NCBI GenBank assembly: GCA_051294375.1 | Contig: CM119267.1 | Location: forward strand, 22,941,486 to 23,005,485 | Length of the DNA stretch: 64,000 bases | Direction of reading: 5' to 3' | DNA from: Paraspadella gotoi | Taxonomy: Eukaryota; Animalia; Chaetognatha | The notes under the pieces: generated by a model | The model's input: the letters and a program-made list of their open reading frames with translations, nothing else | Told to the model about the DNA's origin: nothing | Database searches by the model: none | Position numbers and translations under genes: made by a program | Part shown: in pieces, positions 14,601 through 29,087 of the stretch | Position numbering within the stretch: position 1 is the first letter of the stretch | Layout: each line of letters begins with the position of its first letter

Positions 14601-16208
14601 GATCCCGAACGCACTACTTTTTTCCCCCCGAATTATGTCTTTGATTAATAAGCATTAAAGAAACAAACTAAGAATACATTGTAAAATTGTTAATACTGCA
14701 TTGTATCATATATCTGCCTCGCATAATATTTTTTATTGAACTATCTCCTCTCCCCCCGAAGATCTCCTACCGACTCTCCTCCGCCGGCAACGAAGACGCC
14801 GCCTTCGCCATCTTCCCCGACGGATGCCTCTACGTGGCGCGCCGCTTGGACTTCGAGCGGCGCCGCGAGTTTCGTCTCGGCGTCGTCGCCGAAGACCGCG
14901 CCGTCGATCCGGCGTTGCGGCGTCGCGGTGAGGCCGAGGTCAGGGTTCATCTGATCGACGTCAACGATAACGATCCCGTCTTTGCCAAAAAGGTAAGTTT
15001 TGGTTAGTTAGTCCTTTGTTTTGGTTTCCTTTGTTTTGTTTTGGCTTTTATTTTGTTTAATTCGTTTTGGTTTATATCTTTTTTATTTTTTATTTATTAG
15101 TTTGAATTTGTTTTATGTTTTTACGTCTTTTGAGTTTTTTGTTGTTTTTTGTTGTTTTTTGTTGTTTTTTGTTTGTTTGTTTGTTCTTTTTATTTACTTG
15201 TTTTTTATCGCTTATATTTAAAAAATAACTAACTAATTAAAACTAAATTGGTTATTTTCCCCCTTCCCCCCTCCCCTAAAATCCCCCCTCTCTCTCCCCC
15301 CTCAGATCTTCGCCCTCTCCGTCCCCGAGAACTCTCCACCCAACTCCCTCGTCGGTCGCCTCGAAGCCTCCGACGCGGACTCCGGCCTCAACGGCCTCCT
15401 CGCCTTCTCCGCGACCGACGCCCGACAAGTCGACGTCGTCGTCGACGCCCACAGCGGCGAAGTTCGGACGGCGAGGATGTTCGATCGAGAGGCGATCGTC
15501 CGGGAGATTCGCGGAGATGTTCTGGAGATCGGGGTCAGGGTGGAAGACAAGGGGTCGTCGAGGAGGAGCGGAGAGGCGAAGTTGAGGTGAGGGGGTTGGA
15601 GGAAAGGAAATGAAAAGAAAAGGAAAGGAAAAAAAAGAAAAGAAGAAAGTAAAGTAAAGTAAAGTAAAGTAAAGTAAGTAAAGTAAAGTAAAGTAAAGTA
15701 AAGTAAAGTAAAGTAAAGTAAAGGAAAGGAAAGGAAAGGAAAGGAAAGGAAGGAGAAGAGAAGAGAAGAGAAGAAGAGAAGAGAAGAGAAGAGAAAGAAG
15801 AGAAGAGAAGAGAGAAGAGAAGAGAAGAGAAGAGAAGAAGAAAAGAAAAGACCCCATAAAAAGGAAGTGAAAAGGTCACAAATTAAGACGATCGAGTTTA
15901 GATTAGTTGAAGCACATACTGCGTAGAGCAATATTAACTGATTTCTTGAGATTTCTCTTTGATTGTAAATGATTAGTACGTAAAAAGTCAAACGTTTCAA
16001 TCTCCACCGATTCTTCCCTCTCTCACACCAAAACACCTACCCCACACACAGATTGAAGATCACGGACCGCAACGACCACGCCCCCGTCTTCAAACGCGCC
16101 TCTTATTCCGCGCGCGTCTCCGAATCGGCCGAGGTCGGAGCCAAGGTCGTCGTCGTCGGCGCGGTTGATGAGGATTTGACGGGAGGAACGCTTTTGTGAG
16201 GTAAGGGA

Positions 16209-16280
<72 letters not shown>

Positions 16281-16808
16281 AAGAGGGAGAGAAAGAGAGA
16301 GAGAAAGCTATCTTGCCCCAAACTTTAGAGAGGCTTTGGTGGTATAACTACTTATTTTTGACTAATTCTTTGCCTTTGAATGACAAGTTATTGACAAGTT
16401 ATTGACAAGTTATTGACAAGTTATTGACAAGTTATTGACAAGTTATTGACAAGCGCGACACAGCCCTATTTTTTAACAGTATATTTATTATATTATTATT
16501 GACCAAAACCTCCCCGCTCCCTCCTTTTTCCAAAACAACACAGATACTTCATCTCCGACGGGAACCACCTCGACCTCTTCTCCGTCGATCCTTCCGTCGG
16601 CGTGATCCGCGTCGACGGGCGACTCGACCGCGAGACGGTTCCCCGCTTCTCGCTCACCGTCACCGCAGAGGATCTGGGCGTGCCTCCGCTGGCGGCCAAC
16701 GTCTCCGTCGACGTGATCGTCGACGACGAGAACGATAACTACCCGACCTTCGACGATCCGCTGCCGAGGACGGTGGAGGTGTCGGAGGAGGCGGAGGTGA
16801 GGGGGAGG

Positions 16809-16857
<49 letters not shown>

Positions 16858-18252
16858 TCATTTTTGCCTCTTGTCTCTTGTCTTGTAACTCGTTTTTGTA
16901 AATAATTCTTGACCATTTTTTTTTTTAATAATAAGTAATTTCTTTAATTAACTTCCTTAACTTACACGTTTACTACTATTTGTCTATTAGTTCTTTATGA
17001 AACCCTCGCTTATCGCTCGCAGTGACCTCAATCTTAAATTAACGGACGAATCTAAGATTTTAATTTCATTTGCATATTGCGGTTATCGTTATCTTTAACA
17101 ATTTGCTGTAAAATTTTTATATTTATAGCGTATGTCTTAGTTTTTAAGATTTAATAACTATAAAACCTCATCATGAAAGTTAGATAAAGGGCGAAAATAA
17201 CCAATTTTTTATGATGCTTTTAATTACTTAAGAAGGGTAATTGTTCTTAATTTGTGGTATTTGTTATTACTAATATTTTAAAAATGGAATCTTTCACGTC
17301 AAATTCGTTCCGCTTCTGGAGTTGAATTATTGATTTATTGTCATTGACACTGTCTTGTTTTAATAAAAAAAAAAAAATTTTAAATTAACAATATAAAGAA
17401 GTAACAAGTAATATATAATCTACAACCTGAGTCCCACTCCTATATTAAGTCATTTTATTGTGTCATTGTCGTCGTCATCGTTTTTTTAATTAAAAAGAAA
17501 TGCAAACAAACATAAGGGGAAAAGAAAAATAACTTTCCCTTTTCTGAGAAATAGAAATCGTTTCTAAAATATCTTTAAAATATATTGAATGCGTTTCCGG
17601 TAGAAAACTGAGAACGAGAGAAAGAAATAAAGACGGAGCGAGAGGAAAAAAAGGCTGGTCCACTTTCCACTTTATTATTATTATCTTCTCTGTCTTACGA
17701 TTAAGATCATTCGAAAAAAAAAAGATTTTTCTCGCAGATCGGATTTTGATAACAAGATGTTCATTTGTCGTAATTTCCTTTCCCCCTCCCAAGGTCCACT
17801 CCTACATCACGTCCGCCCACGCCACGGACCACGACGCCGGCGTCAACGGCGCCGTCACCTACGCCATCGTGGGTGGCAACGCCGGCGACGCCTTCCGCAT
17901 CGACGCCCGCACTTCCGCCATCTACTTGAACGCGCCGCTCGACTACGAGACGCTTCGCCTCGATCGCAAGACCTTTCGGCTCAACGTGTCGGCCACGGAC
18001 GGAGGGGCGCCCGCCAAGTCGGCCTTCATCGTCGTGCCCGTCGCCGTGACCGACGCAAACGACAACGCGCCCGTTTTCGAGGCGGGCGAGTTGATCGGGC
18101 GAGTGGTGGAGAACGAAGCGGGCGGTGGAGAGGTGAGGAAAGGAGGGGGGCGTGGAACAAGTGGTTAAATTTAAGGAAATATTTTGTTAATTTTGACTAA
18201 ACATCTCTAGACAGGGAAATTTTCCCTCTTGCATTCCTCTCTGTCAATTTGT

Positions 18253-18320
<68 letters not shown>

Positions 18321-18329
18321 TCTCTCTCC

Positions 18330-18396
<67 letters not shown>

Positions 18397-21300
18397 CTCA
18401 ACTCAACCTCCTCTTCCCTTATCCTCCCCAAGATTCTCCGCGTCCGCGCGACCGACCCGGACTCCGGCGACCGCGGCCGCGTCGTCTTCTCCCTCCTTCA
18501 ACAAACTCCCCCTGGCGAGGAGTTCGGCGTCGACGCCTCCACCGGGGCGATCCTACTCAAGTCGCCCGTCGACCGGGAGAAGGCGGACGTGTATCGGCTG
18601 CGGATCAGGGCGTCGGACTCGGCGGAGCGAGAGGCTGAGAGAAGAACGGCGGAGGAGACGGTGGTCGTAGAGGTGAGGTCGGCGGCTGCGGGGTGGGGTT
18701 GGGTTGTCTTGGTCAAGACAAGGGAAAAACAATCACCACTAAAGTTTGATTTATTATATATTTTCAAGCGTGGTAATTGTGTATATTGTATAGTGTATGA
18801 TATTTCTTGAATATTTCTTTTTGCGTGATGAAAATAACGTTAGAATACTTAGTTTGAACTAAAACGCGGTATTTCATTTCGATTTCATTTCATTTCATTT
18901 CCAAGCCTTTTGCTAAAAGTTTTAGGCTCAATAGAACAGTGAAGAAATTTTAACACAACTTTCATCAGCGTCGGTATTAAAAAAGTTTTATTTTGATAGA
19001 TTTAAGTACTTCCTTTTAATATAAGACTTTTAGATTTAAATCGTATTTTTTTAAGTAGAGGAATTTTTTTTTTTAACGACTCTTATGAAATAAGAGCTTT
19101 CCAAATTAGCGAAGAACAACAGCAACATGCAAATTGATTTATAGTTTACGGTACAGGTTGACATAATGTGTCCAAAATCATCGGCATGATTGCTCATTTA
19201 TTAAACTAATGGATATTGGATAAGTTTTACATAGTTTGTACCAATTTGATAACCAACGTGAGAACATATATAATTATATATTGATTGTTATCGAATAGTA
19301 CATTCTTCTTAATCCGATCGAACAATCCCATTCTTCTTAGGTCATGGACGTCAACGACAACCCGCCCGTCTTCGTCACGCCGTCGGCCGTGCCCGTCCAC
19401 GAAAACGCCCGACGCGGTCACCGAGTCGTCGCCGTGTCGGCAACCGACGCCGACGCCGTCGGCCCAAACTCCACGACGACCTTCTCCATCGTGTCGGGCG
19501 GCGCGGGTTACTTCTTGCTCGACGCGCGGACGGGAGAGTTGACGCTGGACAGGTGAGGGAAAGGGGGTCGGACGAAGCTAAACTATGATTGTTAAGAATA
19601 TAATGATATCAAGGTTGAATTGTACTTATTTATGTATTAATTAAAAATATATATTTATGAATATTTAGAATTGAAAACTTTTATATCTTTTCCGCAGGGA
19701 TTTCTCCGGCGTCCGCAGAACTTTCGATCTCGTCCTCCAAGCGACGGACGGTTGCGGCGCTTCTAGAGACTGTCGCCTCAAGGTACGGTTGTCATGGCAA
19801 CGGAACCGGCAAAAAAAACAAACTTGCAATATCGTTAAGAATATTTTTAAGATGATGAGGAATAAGAATGATGATGTTAAGAATAGATATCTAACAAAGC
19901 ATTTAAACCCCAAAAAAATGTGAAAAAGACATAGTTAAAATATTTAACTATACGGTCAATTAAACTTGCAGCGAATTGGAGTGATTGAAAATGTTTTCTA
20001 AACGTTTGTAAATTATTTTCAGGAGACCTTCAAGATGATCGTCTTCCCCGAGAGCTCCTACTCCCGCGGCCTTCAATTCGGCGACGCAATCTACGAGGGA
20101 CAAGTGGCGGAGAATCAACCGGGCGACACGCTGGTGGCGGCGGTCAGGGCGGATTATAACGATGGAAGGTGAGAGAAAGAAGAAAGGAGAAATGAGAATA
20201 AAACGGTTATCAGAAACGGGTAAGTTGACCGGCGGACGAACTACTACAACGACGGAAGGACAGTAAAAGAATAAGGGAGTCGTGTGTTAAAGGTATATTC
20301 GAATGATCAAATAAACAAAATACAAAATGAGTCTCGATCATTTAAAATAGCTTCCCGTGATATGTGTCAAACGGAAAATCTACCTTCCAAAGTGACCACC
20401 GTTCCAAATACCTTATGAACCACGCCCTTAGTTCATTTCTTAATTTTTAAATGGAAACGAAAGATGCTTTCAGACCGATAGATCATATTAAATAATCATC
20501 CCTTACAATAGTAAGTTTTATTATGTTCGTTCAATAAACGTTTATATGATATAAACTTCTTCCCCCCCAATCAGATCTTCCAAAGACGTCCGCTACTTTC
20601 TCTCCCACGTTTTCGACGCCGAAGATCGAGCGGCGCCGGCGTTGTTCAAGATCGACGCAGCTAGAGGGATCGTCACGACGCGGCGCCCGCTGGATCGAGA
20701 GGGGGGCGGCGCCAAGTATTCCGTCGACGTCCACGCCGTGGATCTCGCTTCGGGTCCGATTCCGATCTCAGTGAAGACAACGATGATCGTCTACGTGCTG
20801 GACAGGTTGGTGCTTTTCTTTATGACTATGTCTGTCTGTCTGTCTGTCTGTCTATTCTTTTACATTACATATATCTATACGAATCTTTCTGTTTATCCAT
20901 CCATCCATCAATCCATCCCTAGAAACGACGAGCCCCCAGTCTTCGCCCAGAGCCTCTACTCTGCCCGCGCGCGCGAGGACATCCAACCTGGTCGCATCGT
21001 GGCGTCGGTGCGCGCCGCCGACGCCGACGAGACCGGCGCCGTCGTCTACCGCCTCGACGAACCCGGCGTCGCCGAACCTCACTTCGCCGTCGACCGCGCT
21101 ACGGGTGAGTTTTTAACCTTAACAACAACTGGCATGTTCATTGTTCAATGTTCATTGTTTATTGTCAATTTTTAATTTTTAAATGTTTCAACTTCTCAGG
21201 CGTGGTCCGCGCCGTCCGTCCCCTGGACTACGAGTCGGCGCGCGAGCACGTCGTGGTCGTCACGGCAACGGACGGCGTCAACAAAGAGGCGACGGCGACG

Positions 21301-24300
21301 CTGGCGATCGCGGTGGAGGACGCCAACGACAACGCCCCCGCGTGGGAGGCGTCGGTAAGGAAGAAGAAGGGGAGATGGCAAGAATCAAGGAATATGATGA
21401 TATTTGAGGCAGCGCCGCAGTGTCCTCATTTTTAATACTGCAACCCTGGAAGCGGTTTAATTTTAAAATCGATGGGGAGGAAGCCTTACCACCCTAATTC
21501 TCCAGACAATTTTGCCTAATTAGCGTTAAGTCAAATTTCAAAGCCTTGTGAAATTCGTATAACAAACATAATTAATTAAATAAGGTAGAGCTTTGGGTGG
21601 ACAAATTGGGTGGTCTTAGGTTTTAAGACTTTAACTTTACTCTCATCCCTATTCTCCTCCCCCCCCCACCCGTCACCACGCCCCCCCCTCGACCGCCAAT
21701 CCAGGTTTACTCCTTTCGACGTCTCCGAAGACTCTTTGCCCGGCGCCATCGTCGGCCGCGTCCACGCCCGAGACGCAGACGCCGGAAACGGAAACGGACG
21801 CGTCTCCTACATCATGAACTCCGTCTGGGAAAAGTACACCTTCTCCGTCGACGCCCACGCGGGGACCGTCAAGCTCGTCAAGCCGCTCGACCACGAGAGG
21901 GTCCAACATTACATCGTCGAAATCTTGGCGCTGGACGACGGACAACCCACGCAGGTTCGTCCACGTTTTATAATCTAATTTGCATATTGCAGTGTTGGAT
22001 TTTGACGGATTCTAAATGAGCAATGGTGGTAATCATAGCCTCTATGAACATTTTATTTTTAATTGTTTTTTCACTGAATATTTTGGATGTATTCACATCA
22101 AGAGAGCACTTCTTATATTTTGTCTTTTAATTATTTAAAAAAGCGCGATTAACATAGTGGCGGATATTATTAATTCATGTATTTCCATGGATTTCTTCAC
22201 TGCTATGTAAAATTCTATCTTGTAACCCTATTTACCGATATTGTTACTAAGTCTTGCTATTGTTGCTTTTAATATTATTTATACGGTTGATTAAGTTAAT
22301 TAAAAAGGCTGAACTTAATTCGTTCGGAAATAAGCAAAGAAATCTTAACTTTTTTTATCATAAGTGGAAATGTTCCGTACTCTTTAAAAAATCCTTTTTC
22401 AAACAAATAAACAAACAAACAAACGACCAATCAGAGAGCTTGATTCCATTTCGGTGATTTCTTCCCGAGTCTTTGATCCGGTTCCGGTTCTGTATCTCTT
22501 GTAACGAGAGTACTATGTATAAATATAAAATATTATTTAAAATCGTCATTTCTAGGTGACGTCGGTGACGGTCTACATCAACGTCGTCGACGTCAACGAC
22601 AACGCCCCCGTCTTCGATCGTGACGTCTACGAAGTCGTCGTCGATGAGGACGACGACGACGACGACGACGAAGAGGCGATCTTGGTCGTTCGCGCGACGG
22701 ACGCCGACTCTGGAGACAACGGGAGGCTGCGCTACAGCATCTCCGCGGGAAACCTGGATGGGGTCTTCAGGTAAGGATAAGGTCGAGGAGGCGGTTGACG
22801 GGTGGCGCGAAGATGTCGACTGGACTCATTGGGATATTCATTTCGACGAAGTGGTAGTTGTATTGTATAGTAGTTTTTCTCATTCATTATTTCATTCATT
22901 CATTCATTCATTCATTCATTGTTTGATTGATTGATTGATGTATTGATTGATTGATTCATTGATCGATTCCCTCTCCCTTCTCAGAATCGACTCCTCAACC
23001 GGCGCCATCTTCTCCTCCGGCGCCCTCGATCGAGAGCGCCGCGACATCTATTCCCTCGCCATCTCCGCCACGGACGACGCCGCCGACGCCGATCTCCGTC
23101 TCTCGGCGTCGACGCGCGTCGCCGTCCTTCTCCGCGACGTCAACGACCACGCCCCTCGATTTCCGGCGCCGCTGCCGACGGCCTCGGTACCGGAAAACGT
23201 CCACACCGGCACCCTGGCGGCGCGGATGACCGCCGTGGATCCGGATCTCGGCGCCAACGGTCACGTGACCTACGAGCTGCTGCCGGGACCGGACGGCGTC
23301 GTTCCCGGCGCCTTCGTCGTCCACCCGACGTCCGGCGAGATTCGCGTCAACGCCGGACTCGACGCCGAACGACGCCGCGTCTACGAGTTGACGCTGCGCG
23401 CCGCCGACGCAGGGACGCCGCCTTTGAGCGCCGTCGCCAATCTGACGATCCGCGTGGAGGACGTCAACGACAACGCCCCCGTCTTCGAGCGGACGAAATA
23501 CTCGAAGACGTTGCCGGAGAACGTGCCGGTGGGGCACGCGGTGTTGGAGGTGTCGGCGAGGGACGTGGACGAGGGATTCAACGGACTCGTGCGATACTTT
23601 ATTGTCGGCGGAGAGGGGAGACAAGTAAGAGGGAGAGGAGATGGACGGACAGAGAGCGACATAATGATAGTTAGAAAGATAGATAGATTGATAGACTCAT
23701 TCTCAGACCCTTTACCCACCGGTGATTCGCGAGATTTTCACGCCAACGTTTACGGACAGACACTGTCGCACAGACTGCCAGTGAGAAAAATAGAGACTTA
23801 CAGACAGACAGACGAACGAACGGACTGATTGACGCCATTTCAATCCTTTTCTCTCTCGTCCTTCGCCTTCCCCCCCCCAAAACCACCCCCCTCTCTCCTC
23901 ACTAAAGGACTTTTCCGTGGACCGCGACTCCGGCTCCCTTCGAGTGGCTCGTCCGCTCGACTTCGAATCGCGAGCCGCTATTCGCTCGTCGTCCGCGGCG
24001 TCGACTCGGCCGCCACTGCGCCGCTCTCCGCCGAAGTCGTCGTTGATATCGTCGTCACCGACGTCGACGACGCCGCGCCCGTCTTTGCCCACGCCCCCTA
24101 CCGCGCCCGCGTGGCGGAAAACGCGCCGATCGATCGTCTTCCGGCGCCGGTTTTGAAGCTCAACGCCGTCGATCCGGATTCAGAGAGGGTGACTTACTCT
24201 CTCAAGGCCAGCGACGCCGACGACAGCTTCCAAATCGACCCGTCCACCGGCGTCGTCTCTCTCCGACGCCCTCTGGACTTTGAGCGGCGTTCTCGTTACA

Positions 24301-25419
24301 CGCTGACGGCGACGGCGACCGATTCCGGTCAACCGGCGCGGTCGGCGTCGGCCATCGTCGAAATCCTCGTCGACGACGTCAACGACAACGCGCCGGAATT
24401 TCTCGACGACTTTCACGAAGGCGCCGTGGCGGAGAACGCGGCACCAGGCGGCGTAGTCGTCAAGATGGCCGCCGAGGACGCCGACGCCGGGAATAACGGG
24501 GAGGTGCGATTCCGACTCAACAACTTCGTCGAGGAGTTCGAGATCGACGCCGTCGATGGGGTCGTCAGAACGAAGGTGAAAAGATTAACTGTCAAAATAT
24601 ATTGTAAAATATATAAGTTAATTTAAAATTAACAATATGGAAATGAGATTAGTAAGTGAGTGGATTTTTCTAGAACCTAATTATTTGTTTTTCAAATTTT
24701 TTTTATCCTCATTTTTTGTTTTTGTTATGATTTTTATCCACGACTAAAAGATTATTCATAAACTATAAAAATAAAGTTTTGGAATGACCTTGCCAGGATT
24801 CGAACCTGGAATCTTCTGATCCGTAGTCAGACGCGTTATCCATTGCGCCACAAGGCCCCTTCCTTCGCTTTGTCCAATCTATATACTCTTAAACGTAATC
24901 TGAAATATAAAAGGCCGAAAGAAAAAAGTTATTCGGCGTCCCATCTTATCACATCCAACATCTCTAAATATTATTGTGTACCGTTACTCTGAAATACAAT
25001 ATTGTTTAATGATGTTTTTGATGATGCTGTATAATTCCTCCCTCAATCAAATAAAAAATGCAGTTTATTTAAAAGTCTAGCAGCGGATGGTTTCGATCCA
25101 TCGACCTCTGGGTTATGGGCCCAGCACGCTCCCACTGCGCCACGCTGCTTTCTTTTTTCCGAATTGATAAGACAAATTAACTACATGTTTGATTTAAACA
25201 CAAAGCAAACGCGAGCGCGTAGAGCTGCACAACACTCCACGAATCATGCCTTGGTCGAATTTCCCAATAAAAACATCCAATGAAGCCTCGCGATCAAGTC
25301 GAACCAATAGCGAATGAAAGATGTGTGACAGATATCCAGTTTAAATCCAGTGCCTTAGAATTAACCTGATCCACTAAGGGATAATAAAGTAACATTCAGG
25401 ATCAAAGAGTGTGGATAGT

Positions 25420-25496
<77 letters not shown>

Positions 25497-28400
25497 CCCT
25501 TCTATTTCTCTATATTTATAAACACTAAGTATTTCAAATTAACATTTTCGTTCGTCCCCCCTCCATTTTCCCTCCACCCTTTACTTTAACTCAGACGGCG
25601 TTGGATCGAGAACGCCGCTCCGTCTACGAGCTCGAGATCGTGGCGAGAGACTCGGGAAGTGTGGTCGCCATGGAGACGACGGCCACAGCGACGATCGTGG
25701 TCAAGGATGTCAACGACAACCTTCCCCAGTTCGTCGAAGGTGGAGTTAAGGAAGTTTGGGTCGCGGAGGAAATCAACTCTGGAGGGTAAGTTTTTTTTTA
25801 GATTACAACCTGATACTGACCCATCGGTTATTCACTATCATGTAATCGTGATTTTGACTACCGTTCGCTTGATAACCCCCCACCCCAAAAAAAATTCAGT
25901 CAAAACTTTAAACCTGATTTGCATGGTTTAGCTCCAGTGGAAGACTTTACCTAGGCTTTCAGCATTCTGTAAAATTGTAAACAGTGTTTGGTTAATTTTT
26001 CTTTTAAACTGGAGCTTTGTTGTATAAATTTGTTGTTCAAATTTATTGGGTTCAAAGAACACTTTTTCAGTCTTTGAGTGGAAATAGTTAAATGATAGTT
26101 AAATGATAGTTAAATGATCGCCTGGAGTATAAATTTTAGTTCCGTATTATCCAGTTAACTTAATGATGTTTATACAAAAATCTATTTATGATTAATTGAT
26201 TATACATTGCATTTTATTATATTAAAATGCCTTTTTACCTTCTTTCCCCCCCCCCTCATTAGTTTCGTCGCCGGCGTCCTCGCCGTCGACCCGGACTCCG
26301 GCGCCAACTCTCTCGTCCGCTATTCCCTTTCCGGCGCCGACGCCGACCGATTTTCCATCCACCCCTCGACCGGCGTCATTTTCGCCCGGCAACGCCTCGT
26401 CGGCGGAATCGGCGCGGCGCCTTTCCGTCTCCGCGTCTCCGCCACCGACGACCCCAACAGCCTCGGCGGCGGCGCCGGCGGTACCGCTCGTTCCACGACG
26501 CAACTGTTAACCATCAAAGCCGACGCCCGCAACACTTTGTCGCCGCCCATCTTCTCCGCATCCACGCCAACTTCCGTTTCAGTCTCGGAAGACGTCTCTA
26601 TCGGCACTGCGGTCGCCGCGGTCGACGCCGCCGGTTCAGCTGGCGGCGCCGTCGTCTATTCCATCGTCGCCGGCAACGTTGGCGCCGCGTTTAGCGTCAA
26701 CGGCGCCGGAGAGATCCTCGTCGACCGGAAGTTGGACTTTGAGACGATCAAGAGTTTCGATCTCCACGTGGAGGCGTCGGACTCTTCGACGACCTTCTCC
26801 AAATCCATCCGGAAGATCTCCGTCGCCGTCGATCCGGCCAACGACAATCGACCGGAATTCTCGGCGCCGGAATACTTCGTCAACCTCGACGAAAACGCGA
26901 TGCCTTCCTTCACCCCGTTGGTCGTCGTCTCCGCCAACGACGCTGACGGCGACGCCATCGTCTACGACATCGTTCCCAGCGACGACGCCGCCGCTTTTAG
27001 CCTCGACGCCGCCACGGGGGCGTTGAAGGCGCGAATCAGGTTGGATCGAGAGCTCCAGGCCGAGTATCGCCTGATCGTCCGCGCCGTCGACGCCGGGACG
27101 CCGCCCAAATCTTCCTTCGCCGTCGTCTCCGTCGTCGTTGATGACGACAACGATTCGGCGCCGAAATTCGTTCGAATCTACGACGGCGCCGCTATTTCCG
27201 AAGCGGCGTCGGTCGGCGCCGTCGTGATGACGCTAGAGGGCGTTGACGCCGACGTCGGAGTGAACGCCCGATTGACTTACTCGTTAAAGAAGGTGAGGAA
27301 TGGATGTGCCGCATTGCTGCAGCATAGTTTTATAATTACAATCTTAACAATCATCGCTGTAAATAACATTTTACTTGATTTTTTAAACAACTCTTTCTAG
27401 AAAAAACAAAATTTTCGTTTTCAAAACATTTTGACTTTAGAACAAAATTTAAAAAAAACAAAAACAAAACAAAACAAAAAACATCTAATTAAAAACAACT
27501 GACTCACTTAACATCCCTCTTTCCACACTACCCCCCCCCCAAAAAAAAAATCACAGCCTCGCGACGCCGGTCCAAACGACGCCCTCCCATTCGCCGTCGA
27601 CCCCAATTCCGGCGTCCTGACCGTGGCGGCGCCGTTGGACCGAGAGACGACGCCGCGTCACACGATCGTCGTCAGCGTCACCGACGGAAAATGGCAGAAC
27701 GACGCCGAAGTGACGATCAACGTGGACGACGCCAACGACAACGCCCCCCAGTGGTTGAGGAAGGAATTCGAGTTTCGGGTTACGACGGAGGACTTGGAAG
27801 GTAAGGGCGAATGGGTAATTGGTCGGTCGGTCGCTAGAATTATGTAAAAATAAATAAGAATTTACTTTTTCCGATGTACTACTAAAACAGATATACTACA
27901 CCGTATAAGTGTTATGATTATTTCTCGTTCGTGGTATCATATTTTTCCTCAACGAAATTTATAAGGCAAATAAATTGCGCATTTGTTCATGATTTGTCAA
28001 GTGAACAAATAATTTAGACATAAACATTAAAAATTTAATTTTTCCAGGCACCTTTGTCGGTCAAGTCGCGGCCTCCGATGCCGACGCTTCCGGCCCCAAC
28101 TCCCTCGTCCGCTACGAACTCGTGACTCCGTCTCTCTACTTTTCTCTCGACGCTGATTCGGGCGAGATCTCCGTCAGACGCCGACTCGACGACGCCGCTT
28201 TTGACGATGCGGCCTCTCGGCAATCCCGGCATCGTCTTCGCCTTCTCGCCAGAGACGCCGGAAATCCCGGCCTCTCATCCGGCGTTATCGTCGTTGACAT
28301 CATCGTCCGTCGCGTCGTCGTCGCTGAGCCGGTTTGGACGGCTTCGGACGCTTGGTGGCGCCGGTTCTTTCCGGTGCCGAGAGACGCGACGCCGGATACC

Positions 28401-28999
28401 GAGATAATCGCCGTCGCCGCTTCTACTTCCGCAGGCGACGACGCCGCAGACGTAGTCTTCGACGTCGTGGGCGGCAACGCCTCGTCCGCGTTCTCCCTCG
28501 ACCGCGCCACGGGTGGCGTCCGTTTGTCTCGCTCTCTATCGTCGGAATCGATCGGCGCTCGTTTCGATCTTCTCGTCGAGGCCTCCGTCGGGGCCGCCAA
28601 GGCTCCGCGGCGTCGGCTGAAGCTGATGGTGACGGGGCCGAACCTCCACCCGCCCGTCTTCACTTCCTCCAAGTTCGAACGGAAGGTGATGGAGAATTTT
28701 CCTCTGGGTCGAACCGTGTTGAGGGTGACGGCGTTGGATCCCGACTTTGGACTCAACGGGAGAATCGAGTACGAGATCGTGGAGGGAAATGACGACGGGT
28801 GGTTCCGCATCGACGAAGCGACGGGAGAGATTAAGGCGGAGAAGAGGCTGGACTTTGAGAAGACGAGGGTTGCCGGAATGAAAGTGAGTGAGGGTGGGGT
28901 GTGGGTGGGGGAGAGGGGGGAGGAGAAAATTGGTGAGGATGTCGCCAACGGAATATGGACCATATTATATTATGGTGAAGTTTTGGAAAAGCGTACTCA

Positions 29000-29087
<88 letters not shown>

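Noticed and set aside
12135-16453. Short tandem repeats as CRISPR arrays
   Set aside because: No unique spacers, eukaryotic intron context and no cas genes.
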